Assembly (NCBI GenBank): GCA_036270315.1 | Contig: DATBCS010000035.1 | Coordinates: 1-47,020, forward strand | DNA length: 47,020 nucleotides | DNA from: Gemmatimonadales bacterium | GTDB taxonomy: Bacteria > Gemmatimonadota > Gemmatimonadetes > Gemmatimonadales > GWC2-71-9 | Direction: 5' to 3' | Part shown: positions 26,297-35,580 of the stretch, in pieces | Layout of the letters: every line of letters begins with the position of its first letter | Numbering within the stretch: position 1 is the first letter of the stretch | Translations under genes and position numbers: made by a program | Notes under the pieces: generated by a model | Told to the model about the DNA's origin: nothing | Databases searched by the model: none | The model's input: only the letters and a program-made list of their open reading frames with translations

Positions 26297-27177
26297 GTCA
26301 GCAGTCGCAGCGCCATGCCGAACGGCAGGTCGGTGAGGACATGATAGTACGCGATCCCATGCCGGCGACACGCTGTGCGCCACGCGGCGATCTCCTGACG
26401 GACCGTCGCGCCGTAGACGCGCGCCAGCTCGCGCGGCCGTACCACGACGCTGGCGGCGGATTCGGGATCCCGCAACCGTACCTCGGGAGGCCCGGAGAGG
26501 TCGGCCTCCGCCGGATCCATGAGGTGCACGACGATCACCTGGTGCCCGCGGTGGCGCAGATAGCGCAGCGCCGTGAGCGCCAGCGCGCGGTCGAACAGCA
26601 GGTCGGACACGAGGACGACGAGCCCGCGGCGCGTGAGCAGCGCCGTGAGGCGGACCAGTGCGGCTTGCGCCGCTGTGCCCCGCCCGTCGGGGGTGCGCAC
26701 CAAGGCGCGGACCAGGCGGGCCCACTGCCCTGCCTTCACCCGCGCCGGCACGACCTCGCGGACGACCTCGTCGAACGTGATGAGTCCCGTCGCGTCGCGT
26801 TGGCGCAGGAGGATCAGGGCGAGCGCCGCCGCGAGCCGGTCGGCGTAGGCGCGCTTGGTGAGCCGGGACGGCGCGCCGCGCCACGCCATCGAGCGGCTCG
26901 CATCGACCACGATCATCGCCCGCAGGTTGGTTTCCTCTTCGAACTGCTTGACGAACAGCCGATCGGCGCGGGCGAGGATCTTCCAATCGAGGTAGCGCAG
27001 CTCGTCGCCTGGCTGGTAGGCGCGATGTTCGGTGAATTCAACCGAGAACCCGCGGAACGGCGAGCGGTGGATGCCCGCGAGGAACCCTTCCACGACCCCC
27101 GGCGCGACGATCTCGATCCCACCCAGGCGAGCCACCTCGGCGGGGTCCAGGAGATCAATGCGCAGGGCGTCGCTCAT
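26293..27177 (-). CDS. DUF58-domain protein (vWA-like, normally partnered with a MoxR AAA ATPase)
   Basis: HRSPFRGFSVEFTEHRAYQPGDELRYLDWKILARADRLFVKQFEEETNLRAMIVVDASRSM is the characteristic DUF58 core. Confidence 0.85.
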   Translation of the reverse strand: MSDALRIDLLDPAEVARLGGIEIVAPGVVEGFLAGIHRSPFRGFSVEFTEHRAYQPGDELRYLDWKILARADRLFVKQFEEETNLRAMIVVDASRSMAWRGAPSRLTKRAYADRLAAALALILLRQRDATGLITFDEVVREVVPARVKAGQWARLVRALVRTPDGRGTAAQAALVRLTALLTRRGLVVLVSDLLFDRALALTALRYLRHRGHQVIVVHLMDPAEADLSGPPEVRLRDPESAASVVVRPRELARVYGATVRQEIAAWRTACRRHGIAYYHVLTDLPFGMALRLLT

Positions 27178-27336
27178 GCGTGGCGGAAGCTAATGACCAG
27201 CCGTTTGTCCCGGGTAGAGGACAGTGGGGGCAGCGTGACGCCCGTTCCACTCTCGCAACATCATTCCTGACAGCAGGTTAGCATGGCACCGATCTGGCAC
27301 GCAACGTGCCCCTGCACGGTATCGAGGGGAGGAACC

Positions 27337-28902
27337 ATGTTCACCACGGTAGCCGTGCTCGGCGTACTCACGATCGCCGGAGGGGCGCCCGCCGGCGCAC
27401 CTGCGGCGCTGGCCACCCGCGCCCGCGTCCAGGTCTGGACCAATCGGGGCGAGGACCCGTATGCGACCGGGCAGTCGGTGCGGGTCTACTTCCGGACCGA
27501 CCAGGACGCCTACGTCACGATCCTGCGGGTCGACACCGATGGGCGCGTGCGCGTCCTGTTTCCGCGCGACCCGTGGGACGACAATTTCGCGACCGGTGGC
27601 CGCGAGTACGAGGTCCTGGACCGGTTCGAGCGACCCGCGTTCGAGATCGACGACTATCCGGGTGAGGGCTACATCTTCGCGGTGAGCGCCCCCGATCCTT
27701 TCGTCTATGACGGCATCAAGAGTGACGACCACTGGGACTACCGGGTGATCGCCGACGGGCGGGTACGCGGCGACCCCTACGTCGCCCTGACCGATCTGGC
27801 GCAGCGCATCGTGCCCGACGGCTACAGCGATTGGGACTACGACATGGTCCCCTACTACGTCCAGCAGCACTACGCCTACCCCCGGTTTCTGTGCTACGAC
27901 TGCCACGCCTACGCGAGTTATCCGTACTGGAGTGCGTACGACTACACCTGCGTTCGCTTCCGGATGGTCGTGTACGACGATCCCTACTACTACCCCTACG
28001 CCTACGGGGGCACACAGGTGGTGTTCACGCGGCCGTTGCGGCCCGAGCCGCGCTTCATCTTTAAGGACCGGCAGTCGGGCGATGCCTTCATCACGCGCGT
28101 CCGCGCGCGGCCGGTGAGCGGCGGCGTGGGGGTGCGGGGGCGGGACCTCGGCGGTACGGGCGTCATCCCGCGGCCGCGCGGCGGTCGTCCTGGCGGCGGC
28201 GACCAGGGCGGTGGCGGTCAGCCAGACCACCCGCGGGATCGTGGGCAGCCCGATCGGCCGGACCAGGGTCGGGATCGGTCCGATCAGCGGTCGCATCCCG
28301 ATCGGCCGGACCAGCCAGGCCGTGACCGGTCCGATCAGCGGTCGCATCCCGATCGGCCGGACCAGCCGGGCCGTGACCGATCCGACCAGCGGTCGCATCC
28401 CGACCGGCCCAATCAGCCGGGCCCCGATCGGTCCGATATGCGGTCGCATCCCGACCGGCCCAATCAGCCGGGTCCCGATCGGTCCGATCAGCGGTCGCAT
28501 CCCGACCGGCCCAATCAGCCGGGCCCCGATCGGTCCGATCAACGGTCTCGTCCGGATCGGCCGGACCAGTGGCGCGGCGCGCTGCGTCCCGATAACTCGA
28601 CCGTCCCCAACCGCCCTGACCGTCCAGCGGTAGGGGACCGGCCCAGCCGTGTCGACCGCCCGAGCGACCGCTTCGACGGCGGCGGGCCCGCGGCGCGGCC
28701 CGGACGCGACAACACGCCTGACGTCGGCCGCCGGTCGGCGCCGGCTCCGGAGTTCCGCCGCGAGCCCGCGCCGCCGCCGCCGGCCGCGCCGCGGAACGAG
28801 CCGCGCGTCGAGCGCGCGCCCGAGCCACCGCGCGAACGGCCTGCGCCGCCGTCTCAGCCAGCGCCGCGCGGCGAACCTGAGCTCAAGCGCCGCAAGCCGT
28901 AG
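27337..28902 (+). CDS. secreted DUF4384-like protein with a Tyr/Cys-rich middle and a tandem 17-aa repeat, Pro/Arg-rich C-terminal region
   Basis: Track ORF trimmed to ATG 27337, preceded by GAGGGGAGG. Signal-like MFTTVAVLGVLTIAGGAPAGAPAALA; VRVYFRTDQDAYVTILRVDTDGRVRVLFP resembles DUF4384; the C-terminal part carries (RSDQRSHPDRPDQPGRD)n. Confidence 0.7.
   Translation: MFTTVAVLGVLTIAGGAPAGAPAALATRARVQVWTNRGEDPYATGQSVRVYFRTDQDAYVTILRVDTDGRVRVLFPRDPWDDNFATGGREYEVLDRFERPAFEIDDYPGEGYIFAVSAPDPFVYDGIKSDDHWDYRVIADGRVRGDPYVALTDLAQRIVPDGYSDWDYDMVPYYVQQHYAYPRFLCYDCHAYASYPYWSAYDYTCVRFRMVVYDDPYYYPYAYGGTQVVFTRPLRPEPRFIFKDRQSGDAFITRVRARPVSGGVGVRGRDLGGTGVIPRPRGGRPGGGDQGGGGQPDHPRDRGQPDRPDQGRDRSDQRSHPDRPDQPGRDRSDQRSHPDRPDQPGRDRSDQRSHPDRPNQPGPDRSDMRSHPDRPNQPGPDRSDQRSHPDRPNQPGPDRSDQRSRPDRPDQWRGALRPDNSTVPNRPDRPAVGDRPSRVDRPSDRFDGGGPAARPGRDNTPDVGRRSAPAPEFRREPAPPPPAAPRNEPRVERAPEPPRERPAPPSQPAPRGEPELKRRKP
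28225..28581 (+). repeat. in-frame 51-bp tandem repeat, six near-identical units plus one degenerate leading unit
   Basis: Units begin at 28276, 28327, 28378, 28429, 28480 and 28531 (cggtccgatcagcggtcgcatcccgatcggccggaccagccaggccgtgac and variants). The period of exactly 51 nt equals 17 codons. Confidence 0.9.
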
Positions 28903-28993
28903 CGCCCTCGCTCCCGCAGCCCCCGCGTCCGGCCGTGGTCCTCCGCGGCCGGACGCGCTAGGTTTCCGTCCCCTGCCCTCGAGGTATGGACTC

Positions 28994-30514
28994 GTGCGCT
29001 CCTTGTGCGGGCTCTCGCTGTTGCTTGTGCCCTGCGCCCTTGCCGCGCAAATCCCCCCCTCCGCCGCGCGGGCCCTGAGTGCCGTCACGCCTGCGGACGT
29101 TCAGCGCCGCGTCGCGCTGCTCGCGGACGACTCGATGATGGGGCGGGCCACCCCGAGTCCCCAGCTCGAGAAGGCAGCGAACTACATTGCGGCCGAATTC
29201 CAGCGCTGGGGCCTGAAGCCCGGCGGGGAGGGCGGCACCTTTCTCCAACGCTACCCGTTGAGTTCGCTCCATGTGGACTTCGGGAGCTCAATGATCCGGG
29301 TGACGGGGACGGCGAACGCCACGTGGCGGGTGGGCGCGGACGCGCTGCACTACCGCGGCACCGTGCCCGCCGCGGGGGTGTCCGGGCCCCTGGTGCTCGT
29401 GACCGGCCAGTTCGCGGATTCGGCGCGCCCCGATTCGGCCGCGCTGAGCGGCAAGGTGGTGGTATTCGCCGAAGTGGGGGGAGCGCGGACGCTGCAGCAA
29501 GTGCTCGGCAGCGCCCGGCCCGCCGCGGTCTTGTCGGCGGTCGGGTGGCCCGACCCGGCCTGGCAGCGGGAAGCCGAAGCCCAGGTGCGCCCGCGGATGC
29601 GCTACGCCGCTCGCGAGGCGGCGAGCCCGCCGATTCTGCTCGTGCGGCGCGCCGCCGTGCTGGCGCTGCTCGCGCGGGCCGGGGTGGCGCTCGACACGGC
29701 CACGGGCCGAGACGAGCCGTTTCGGGTCGTGCCGCTGCCGACGCTCGCGGCCCGGGTGCAGGTCCAGCAGCGGGGACAGGCACAGCTCTCCGCCCCCAAC
29801 GTGATCGGGATCCTGTGGGGCAGCGATCCCGTACTCAAGCACGAGTACGTGTTTATCACCGCCCACATGGACCATCTCGGGACGCCGGGCGCGGGCGAAG
29901 GGTGCGTCGCCAAGGGCGCCGACTCGATCTGTAATGGCGCGGACGACAACGCCTCGGGCACGACGGCGGTGCTCGAGGCGGCGCAGGCGTTGGCGCGGCT
30001 CTCCCCGCGTCCCAAGCGCTCGCTCGTGTTCATGACGGTGAGCGGCGAAGAGCGCGGGCTGTGGGGCTCGAACTACTTTGTCGACCACCCCACCGTCCCG
30101 CTGTCCCGCGTCGTCGCCGATCTCAACATCGACATGGTCGGCCGGAACTGGAAGGACACGATCGTGGTGATCGGGAAGGAGCATTCCGACCTGGGGGCGA
30201 CGCTCGATCGGATCGCCGCGGTGCACCCCGAGCTGCGCATGACGCCGATCGGCGACCTCTGGCCCGCGGAGGGGTTCTATTTCCGCTCCGATCACTACAA
30301 CTTCGCGCGGAAGGGCGTGCCCATTCTGTTCTTCTTCAACGGCACGCACCCCGACTACCATGAGGTCAGCGATTCGCCGGACAAGATCGACGCGGAGAAG
30401 GAGGCCCGGATCATCAAGCTGCTCTGCTACGTGGGCCTCGACGTCGCGAACGCGCCCGAGCGCGCGAAGTGGAATCCCGACAGTTACCGGCGCATCGTCC
30501 AGGGGGCGCCCTAA
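28994..30514 (+). CDS. M28-family metallopeptidase (aminopeptidase-like), secreted
   Basis: FITAHMDHLG, GADDNASGTTAVLE, TVSGEERGLWGS, DLNIDMVG and RSDHYNF are the M28 zinc-ligand blocks. Start set to GTG 28994 (VRSLCGLSLLLVPCALAAQ, a signal) with GAGG 8 nt upstream; the track start 28649 is an over-extension. Confidence 0.85.
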   Translation: MRSLCGLSLLLVPCALAAQIPPSAARALSAVTPADVQRRVALLADDSMMGRATPSPQLEKAANYIAAEFQRWGLKPGGEGGTFLQRYPLSSLHVDFGSSMIRVTGTANATWRVGADALHYRGTVPAAGVSGPLVLVTGQFADSARPDSAALSGKVVVFAEVGGARTLQQVLGSARPAAVLSAVGWPDPAWQREAEAQVRPRMRYAAREAASPPILLVRRAAVLALLARAGVALDTATGRDEPFRVVPLPTLAARVQVQQRGQAQLSAPNVIGILWGSDPVLKHEYVFITAHMDHLGTPGAGEGCVAKGADSICNGADDNASGTTAVLEAAQALARLSPRPKRSLVFMTVSGEERGLWGSNYFVDHPTVPLSRVVADLNIDMVGRNWKDTIVVIGKEHSDLGATLDRIAAVHPELRMTPIGDLWPAEGFYFRSDHYNFARKGVPILFFFNGTHPDYHEVSDSPDKIDAEKEARIIKLLCYVGLDVANAPERAKWNPDSYRRIVQGAP

Positions 30515-30529
30515 GCGCGCGCTCGGGCG

Positions 30530-31675
30530 TTACGGGGCCAGCGCCTTCAGCAGCTCGGCGTTGGTCTTCGTGCGCCGCACCTCGGTGAGGAGCGTTTCCA
30601 TCGCCCGCTCCGGCGGCAGGCCCACGAGGCCCCGCCGGAGCTTCTGTTTCGCCTCCACCGTCGCCGGGTCGGCCAGCAGCTCCTCGCGTCGCGTGCCACT
30701 CGCGGCGATGTCCACCGCCGGGTAGATCCGGCGATCGGCGAGGGCGCGCGTGAGCCGCAGCTCCGCGTTCCCCGTGCCCTTGAATTCCTCGAAGATCACG
30801 TCGTCCATGCGGCTTTCGGTCTCCACCAGCGCCGTGGCGATGACGGTGAGGGAGCCGCCGCTCGGCACGGCGCGCGCCGCGCCGAACAACCCCTTCGGTT
30901 TGGCCAGCGCCGTCGCGTCGAGGCCCCCCGTCATCGTGCGGCCGCTGCCCCGCCCCGTGGTGTTGTGCGAGCGCGCGAGCCGCGTGAGCGAGTCGAGCAC
31001 GATCACCACGTCTTTCCCCAGCTCCACCTGGCGGCGCGCGTGGTCGAACACCATGTCCGCGACCGCGACGTGCCGCTCGTGCGGCAGGTCGAAGCTCGAG
31101 GCGATCACCTCGCCGCGACCCCAATCGATCATCTCGCTGACTTCTTCGGGCCGCTCGTCCACCAGCAGGATGAGGAGAATGGCGGCGGGATGGTTCAGGG
31201 CGACTGCTTCAGCCACGGCCTGGAGCATCATCGTCTTCCCCGCCTTGGGGGGGGAGACGAGCAGGGCCCGCTGGCCGAAGCCGAGCGGGCAGATGAGGTC
31301 GACGACGCGCTGGGTTTCAGCGGTACGCGGGCTCGACGCGGCGGAGCTCTCGAGCCCGAGCAGTCGGGACGGATGCACCGCGCCCAGGTCGGCGAACGCG
31401 GGGCGCTCGGCGAGGCCCGTGGGCGGTCCGCCGTTCACGCCCAGCACCCGGCCGTTGTCGAGCGCCACCAAATCGCCGCGCCGCAGCCCCGGGAGGCGCA
31501 GGGCGGGATCGCCCTTCGCGGGCAAATACCCGTTCGCGGCGAGCCGCAAGGCGCCGCCGTGGGATGTCGGGTCGAACCAGCCGGTGATGGGAGTCAGGAG
31601 AGCCTCTCGGAGTATATCGCGTTGGCGGCGCTCCGTCACTATGCCCCGGCCGCCGCGCGCCGGGGAGCCCGCCAC
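30530..31675 (-). CDS. rho: transcription termination factor Rho (short N-terminal region)
   Basis: [16 protein letters not shown] (Walker A), [13 protein letters not shown] (Walker B), Q- and R-loop regions and the C-terminal KALAP end match Rho. The start is ambiguous (GTG 31675 or GTG 31639). Confidence 0.88.
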   Translation of the reverse strand: MAGSPARGGRGIVTERRQRDILREALLTPITGWFDPTSHGGALRLAANGYLPAKGDPALRLPGLRRGDLVALDNGRVLGVNGGPPTGLAERPAFADLGAVHPSRLLGLESSAASSPRTAETQRVVDLICPLGFGQRALLVSPPKAGKTMMLQAVAEAVALNHPAAILLILLVDERPEEVSEMIDWGRGEVIASSFDLPHERHVAVADMVFDHARRQVELGKDVVIVLDSLTRLARSHNTTGRGSGRTMTGGLDATALAKPKGLFGAARAVPSGGSLTVIATALVETESRMDDVIFEEFKGTGNAELRLTRALADRRIYPAVDIAASGTRREELLADPATVEAKQKLRRGLVGLPPERAMETLLTEVRRTKTNAELLKALAP

Positions 31676-31697
31676 CCCGGGCTATATTTTAGCCCCA

Positions 31698-33497
31698 ATG
31701 CGCCTAGACCACATCCGCAACTTCTGCATCGTGGCCCACATCGACCACGGCAAGTCAACCCTGGCCGATCGGCTGATCGAGCTGACCGGAACGCTCGACA
31801 AGCGGTTGATGCGCGAGCAGGTGCTCGACACCATGGACCTGGAGCGCGAACGCGGGATCACGATCAAGCTCAACGCCGTCCGCATGAACTACCACGCGCG
31901 CAACGGCGGCATCTACGAGCTGAACCTGATCGACACCCCGGGGCATGTGGACTTCACCTACGAGGTGTCGCGGTCGCTCGCGGCGTGCGAGGGGGCGATC
32001 CTGGTGGTGGACGCCTCGCAGGGGATCCAGGCGCAGACGATCTCGAATCTGTTTCTCGCGCTCGACGCCGGGCTCGAGATCATTCCGGTACTCAACAAGA
32101 TCGACCTCCCGGGGGCCGAGCCGGACCGCCGGGCGGCGGAGCTGCACGAGCTGATCGGCGTCAAGCCGGAGGAGATCCTCCGCATCTCGGCGAAGGAAGG
32201 CACGAACGTCCCGGAGCTCTTGGAGGCGGTCGTGGCGCGGGTGCCGCCTCCGCGCGGCGCGGCGGACGCCCCGCTCCGCGCCCTGATCTTCGACTCCTAC
32301 TACGATCGCTACCGCGGCGCGATCCCGAGCATTCGCGTGGTGGACGGCGTGGTCCGTCCCGGCATGAAGATCGCGTTCGGCGCGCACCGCGACGACCTGT
32401 ACCAAGTCGACGAGGTCGGCTACCTGCAACTCGGCCACAAGCCGACCGAGGAGCTCGCGGCAGGCGAAGTCGGGTATGTCGTGGCGAACGTGCGGGGCGT
32501 GCGCGAGACCCGCCCCGGGGACACCGTGTTCGACGCGGAGCACCGCGCCGTCCCGTTGCTACCCGGGTACCGCGACATCAAGTCGATGGTCTTCGCCGGG
32601 CTCTATCCTACGAACGCCGAGCAATTCGAAGAGCTGCGCGACGCGCTCGCGAAACTGCAGTTGAACGACGCGTCGCTGCACTACGAGCCCGAGTCGTCGG
32701 TGGCGCTCGGGTTCGGGTTCCGCTGCGGCTTCCTCGGGCTGCTCCACATGGAGATCGTGCGGGAGCGGCTGGAGCGGGAATTCAACCTCGACCTGATCAG
32801 CACCGTGCCGAACGTGGAATACCACGTCCACAAGACCGACGGCGCGGTGGAGGTGGTGGAGAATCCGAGCCTCATGCCACACGGCTCAACGGTGGACCAC
32901 ATCGAGGAGCCGTACGTCAAAGCGCGGATTGTGGCGCCAGCCGAGTACATCGGCGCGATCATGAAGCTCGGCCAGGAGCGCCGGGGCGTGTATCGGGGGA
33001 TGCATTACGTCGACCCGACCCGGGTCGACTTCGGCTGGGAGTTTCCGCTCGCCGAGATCATCCTCGACTTCTACGACAAGCTGAAGACGATCTCGCGCGG
33101 GTACGCGTCCCTCGACTACGAGTTCCTCGAGTACCGGCCGGCGGACCTCGTAAAGCTGGACATGCTCCTAAATGGCGACGCGGTGGACGCCTTCTCGGTG
33201 ATCATTCACCGCGACAAGGCGTTCGACTGGGGGCGCAAGATCGCGGAAAAGCTGCGGGAGTTGATCCCGCGGCAGCTGTTCGAAGTCGTGATCCAGGCAG
33301 CGATCGGGACCAAGGTGATCGCGCGCGAGACGATCCGCCCGTTGCGCAAGAACGTGACCGCCAAGTGCTACGGCGGCGACGTGACCCGCAAGCGCAAGCT
33401 GCTCGAGAAGCAGAAGGAAGGGAAGAAGCGGATGAAGCAGGTGGGCACGGTGGAGATCCCGCAGGAAGCCTTTCTCGCGGTCCTGCAGGTTGACTAG
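31698..33497 (+). CDS. lepA: elongation factor 4 (LepA)
   Basis: Track ORF 30750..33497 trimmed to ATG 31698. [41 protein letters not shown] and the LepA-specific C-terminal [18 protein letters not shown]. Confidence 0.95.
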   Translation: MRLDHIRNFCIVAHIDHGKSTLADRLIELTGTLDKRLMREQVLDTMDLERERGITIKLNAVRMNYHARNGGIYELNLIDTPGHVDFTYEVSRSLAACEGAILVVDASQGIQAQTISNLFLALDAGLEIIPVLNKIDLPGAEPDRRAAELHELIGVKPEEILRISAKEGTNVPELLEAVVARVPPPRGAADAPLRALIFDSYYDRYRGAIPSIRVVDGVVRPGMKIAFGAHRDDLYQVDEVGYLQLGHKPTEELAAGEVGYVVANVRGVRETRPGDTVFDAEHRAVPLLPGYRDIKSMVFAGLYPTNAEQFEELRDALAKLQLNDASLHYEPESSVALGFGFRCGFLGLLHMEIVRERLEREFNLDLISTVPNVEYHVHKTDGAVEVVENPSLMPHGSTVDHIEEPYVKARIVAPAEYIGAIMKLGQERRGVYRGMHYVDPTRVDFGWEFPLAEIILDFYDKLKTISRGYASLDYEFLEYRPADLVKLDMLLNGDAVDAFSVIIHRDKAFDWGRKIAEKLRELIPRQLFEVVIQAAIGTKVIARETIRPLRKNVTAKCYGGDVTRKRKLLEKQKEGKKRMKQVGTVEIPQEAFLAVLQVD

Positions 33498-34488
33498 CCT
33501 CGTTGTCCAGACGGCGTTTCTGGGGGACGTCGTCCTCACGACGCCGCTCCTCGTGGCGCTCGCGCGCCGCCACGGGCCGGTGGACGTCGTCACCACACCG
33601 GCGGCGGCGCCGCTACTCGAGACCCATCCGGCGGTGCGGCGTGTGGTGCCCTACGACAAGCGCGGCCGCGACGGCGGGCCGCGCGGACTGCTGGCGCTCG
33701 CCCGGCGGCTCCGGGCGGAGCACTACGAAGCGGCGTATCTTCCCCATCGGTCGCTGCGGAGCGCGGCGCTGGCGTGGCTCGCCGGCATTCCCCGGCGGGT
33801 CGGGTTCCGCGACGGGTGGCCGCTCCTCTACACCGCCGTCCGGAAGCGGCCGCGGGGGGCCCATGAGATCGATCGCCTGCTGGCGCTTGCCGACGCCGCC
33901 CCAGGCGTCGAGCGGCCGTCGCTCGAGCTGACCGGCGCCGATCGTGCGGCGGCTGAAGGCTTCCTCGGGGAGCACGGCATCCGGGAGCCGTTCATCGCGC
34001 TCGCGCCGGGCGCGATCTGGGGCACGAAACGCTGGCCGTACTATCAGGAATTGGCCGCGCAGCTCAGCACGCGCGTCCCGCTCGTGATCGTCGGGGGCCC
34101 CGAAGACGCCGCGCTCGCCGGCGAGATCACCACGGCGCTCGCGCACCGCGGGCGGGCCACGGCCAACGGCTGTGGCCGCCTGAGCGTGCGCCAGTCGGCC
34201 GAGGTGATCCGACGGGCCGAGGTGCTCGTGACGAACGACAGCGCCCCGCTGCACCTGGCGCAGGCGGTGGCGACGCCGACGGTGGCGATCTTCGGCTCCA
34301 CGGTGCCCGCGTTCGGCTTCGGGCCGCGCGGGGCGGACGACCGGGTCGTCGAGCTCCCCGGGCTTGCCTGTCGGCCGTGCTCCGCGCACGGCCCGCCGCG
34401 CTGCCCGCTGGGGCACCACCGCTGCATGCGGGAGCTCACCGTGCAACAGGTGCTGGCGGCGATCGACCGCGCTTGGAAGGGGGAGTGA
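33490..34488 (+). CDS. glycosyltransferase family 9 (ADP-heptose:LPS heptosyltransferase-like)
   Basis: [28 protein letters not shown] and [23 protein letters not shown] are GT9 signatures. The TTG start overlaps the lepA 3-prime end. Confidence 0.82.
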   Translation: MTSLVVQTAFLGDVVLTTPLLVALARRHGPVDVVTTPAAAPLLETHPAVRRVVPYDKRGRDGGPRGLLALARRLRAEHYEAAYLPHRSLRSAALAWLAGIPRRVGFRDGWPLLYTAVRKRPRGAHEIDRLLALADAAPGVERPSLELTGADRAAAEGFLGEHGIREPFIALAPGAIWGTKRWPYYQELAAQLSTRVPLVIVGGPEDAALAGEITTALAHRGRATANGCGRLSVRQSAEVIRRAEVLVTNDSAPLHLAQAVATPTVAIFGSTVPAFGFGPRGADDRVVELPGLACRPCSAHGPPRCPLGHHRCMRELTVQQVLAAIDRAWKGE

Positions 34489-34492
34489 GCCT

Positions 34493-34606
34493 GTGAAGCA
34501 CGTGATGCGCGAGGGCAAGATCGGCTGCCTCCCGGTGATCGATGCCGGCAAGCTCGTCGGGATCGTGTCCGCGCACGATCTCTTGAGCCTCGTCGAGCAA
34601 CTCTAA
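34493..34606 (+). pseudogene. orphan half CBS motif (37 codons), likely relic of a CBS-containing gene
   Basis: VKHVMREGKIGCLPVIDAGKLVGIVSAHDLLSLVEQL is the C-terminal strand-strand-helix of one CBS motif. Sequence in the same frame upstream overlaps the GT9 gene and is not CBS-like. Confidence 0.45.
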
Positions 34607-34614
34607 GGAGACCG

Positions 34615-35580
34615 ATGCGGTACGTCGTGGGGCTGGACATCGGCGGGACGAACCTGGTGGCCGGCGCCGTCGCCGAGGACGGCTCCGAGGTGTTGGGCCT
34701 CGTGTCGGAGCCCACGCGCGCCGAGCAAGGGGCCGAGGGGGTGGTGGGTCGGCTCGTCAAGCTGGCGCGCGCCGCGATCGCCGGAGCCCGCGGCAAGGAG
34801 GTCGTGGGGATCGGCGTCGGTTCGCCGGGGCCGCTCAACACGACGACGGGCGTGGTGCTCCTGACGCCGAATCTCGGCTGGACGAACTTCCCCTTGCGGG
34901 ATCGGTTGGCGGCGGCGTTGGGGCTGCCCGCCACGCTCGACAACGACGCTAACTGCGCCATCTTCGGCGAGTGGTGGCGGGGCGCGGCGCGCGGCGCGGA
35001 CCACGTCGTCGGGCTCACGATCGGCACGGGGATCGGCGGCGGGATCGTGCTCTATGGCAAGATCTACCACGGCGCGTCCGACATCGCCGGCGAGATCGGC
35101 CACATGACCATCGATTTGAACGGCCGGCGCTGCAAGTGCGGCAACTACGGCTGCCTCGAGGCGTACGCCTCGGGGCCGGCCATCGCGGCGCGGGCGACCG
35201 AGGGCATCGAGGCCGGCGCGGACTCGGCCCTCCCGCGCTATGTGAACGGCGACCTGTCGCGGATCACCGCCCAGCTGGTGTACGAAGCGGCCAACGACGG
35301 CGACCCCTACGCCCTCGACATCGTACGCGAGACGGCGAAGTTCCTGGGCGCGGGCGTCGCCAACATCGTCAACATCTTCAACCCCCAAGTCGTGGTGATC
35401 TGCGGCGGGGTGACGCTCGCCGGGGACACGCTGTTCGTGCCGTTGTGGGGCGAGGTGCAACGCCGCGCGTTCAAGCCCGCCGTGGAGGCGTGCCGCGTCG
35501 TCCCTGGCGCGCTCACGGGCACGGCCGGGGTGTACGGCGCCGCGGCGGTGTTCATGCTGCGCACTTGGGGGAACGTGTGA
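34615..35580 (+). CDS. ROK-family sugar kinase (glucokinase-like)
   Basis: GLDIGGTNL (ATP site), GIGGGIVL..GEIGH and the ROK zinc motif CKCGNYGCLEAYASG. Confidence 0.88.
   Translation: MRYVVGLDIGGTNLVAGAVAEDGSEVLGLVSEPTRAEQGAEGVVGRLVKLARAAIAGARGKEVVGIGVGSPGPLNTTTGVVLLTPNLGWTNFPLRDRLAAALGLPATLDNDANCAIFGEWWRGAARGADHVVGLTIGTGIGGGIVLYGKIYHGASDIAGEIGHMTIDLNGRRCKCGNYGCLEAYASGPAIAARATEGIEAGADSALPRYVNGDLSRITAQLVYEAANDGDPYALDIVRETAKFLGAGVANIVNIFNPQVVVICGGVTLAGDTLFVPLWGEVQRRAFKPAVEACRVVPGALTGTAGVYGAAAVFMLRTWGNV

Noticed and set aside
28225-28581. Regularly spaced 51-bp repeats considered as a possible CRISPR array.
   Set aside because: The units are directly abutting with no unique spacers. They are in frame inside a long ORF with signal peptide and encode a 17-aa protein repeat.
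30750-31697. 5-prime extension of the lepA ORF (316 extra codons). Comparable over-extensions occur for mfd (24564..25022), the BatA-like gene (26297..26986), the surA-like gene (19801..19983), the PPIase gene (21272..21415), the M28 gene (28649..28993), the PfkB gene (34971..35576), the GHKL gene (36200..36484) and the porin-like gene (45105..45359).
   Set aside because: The extensions overlap well-supported neighbouring genes and translate to Arg/Pro/Ser-rich sequence without homology. In each case an internal start gives the family-typical N-terminus or a signal peptide, often with an SD sequence or a stop/start overlap.
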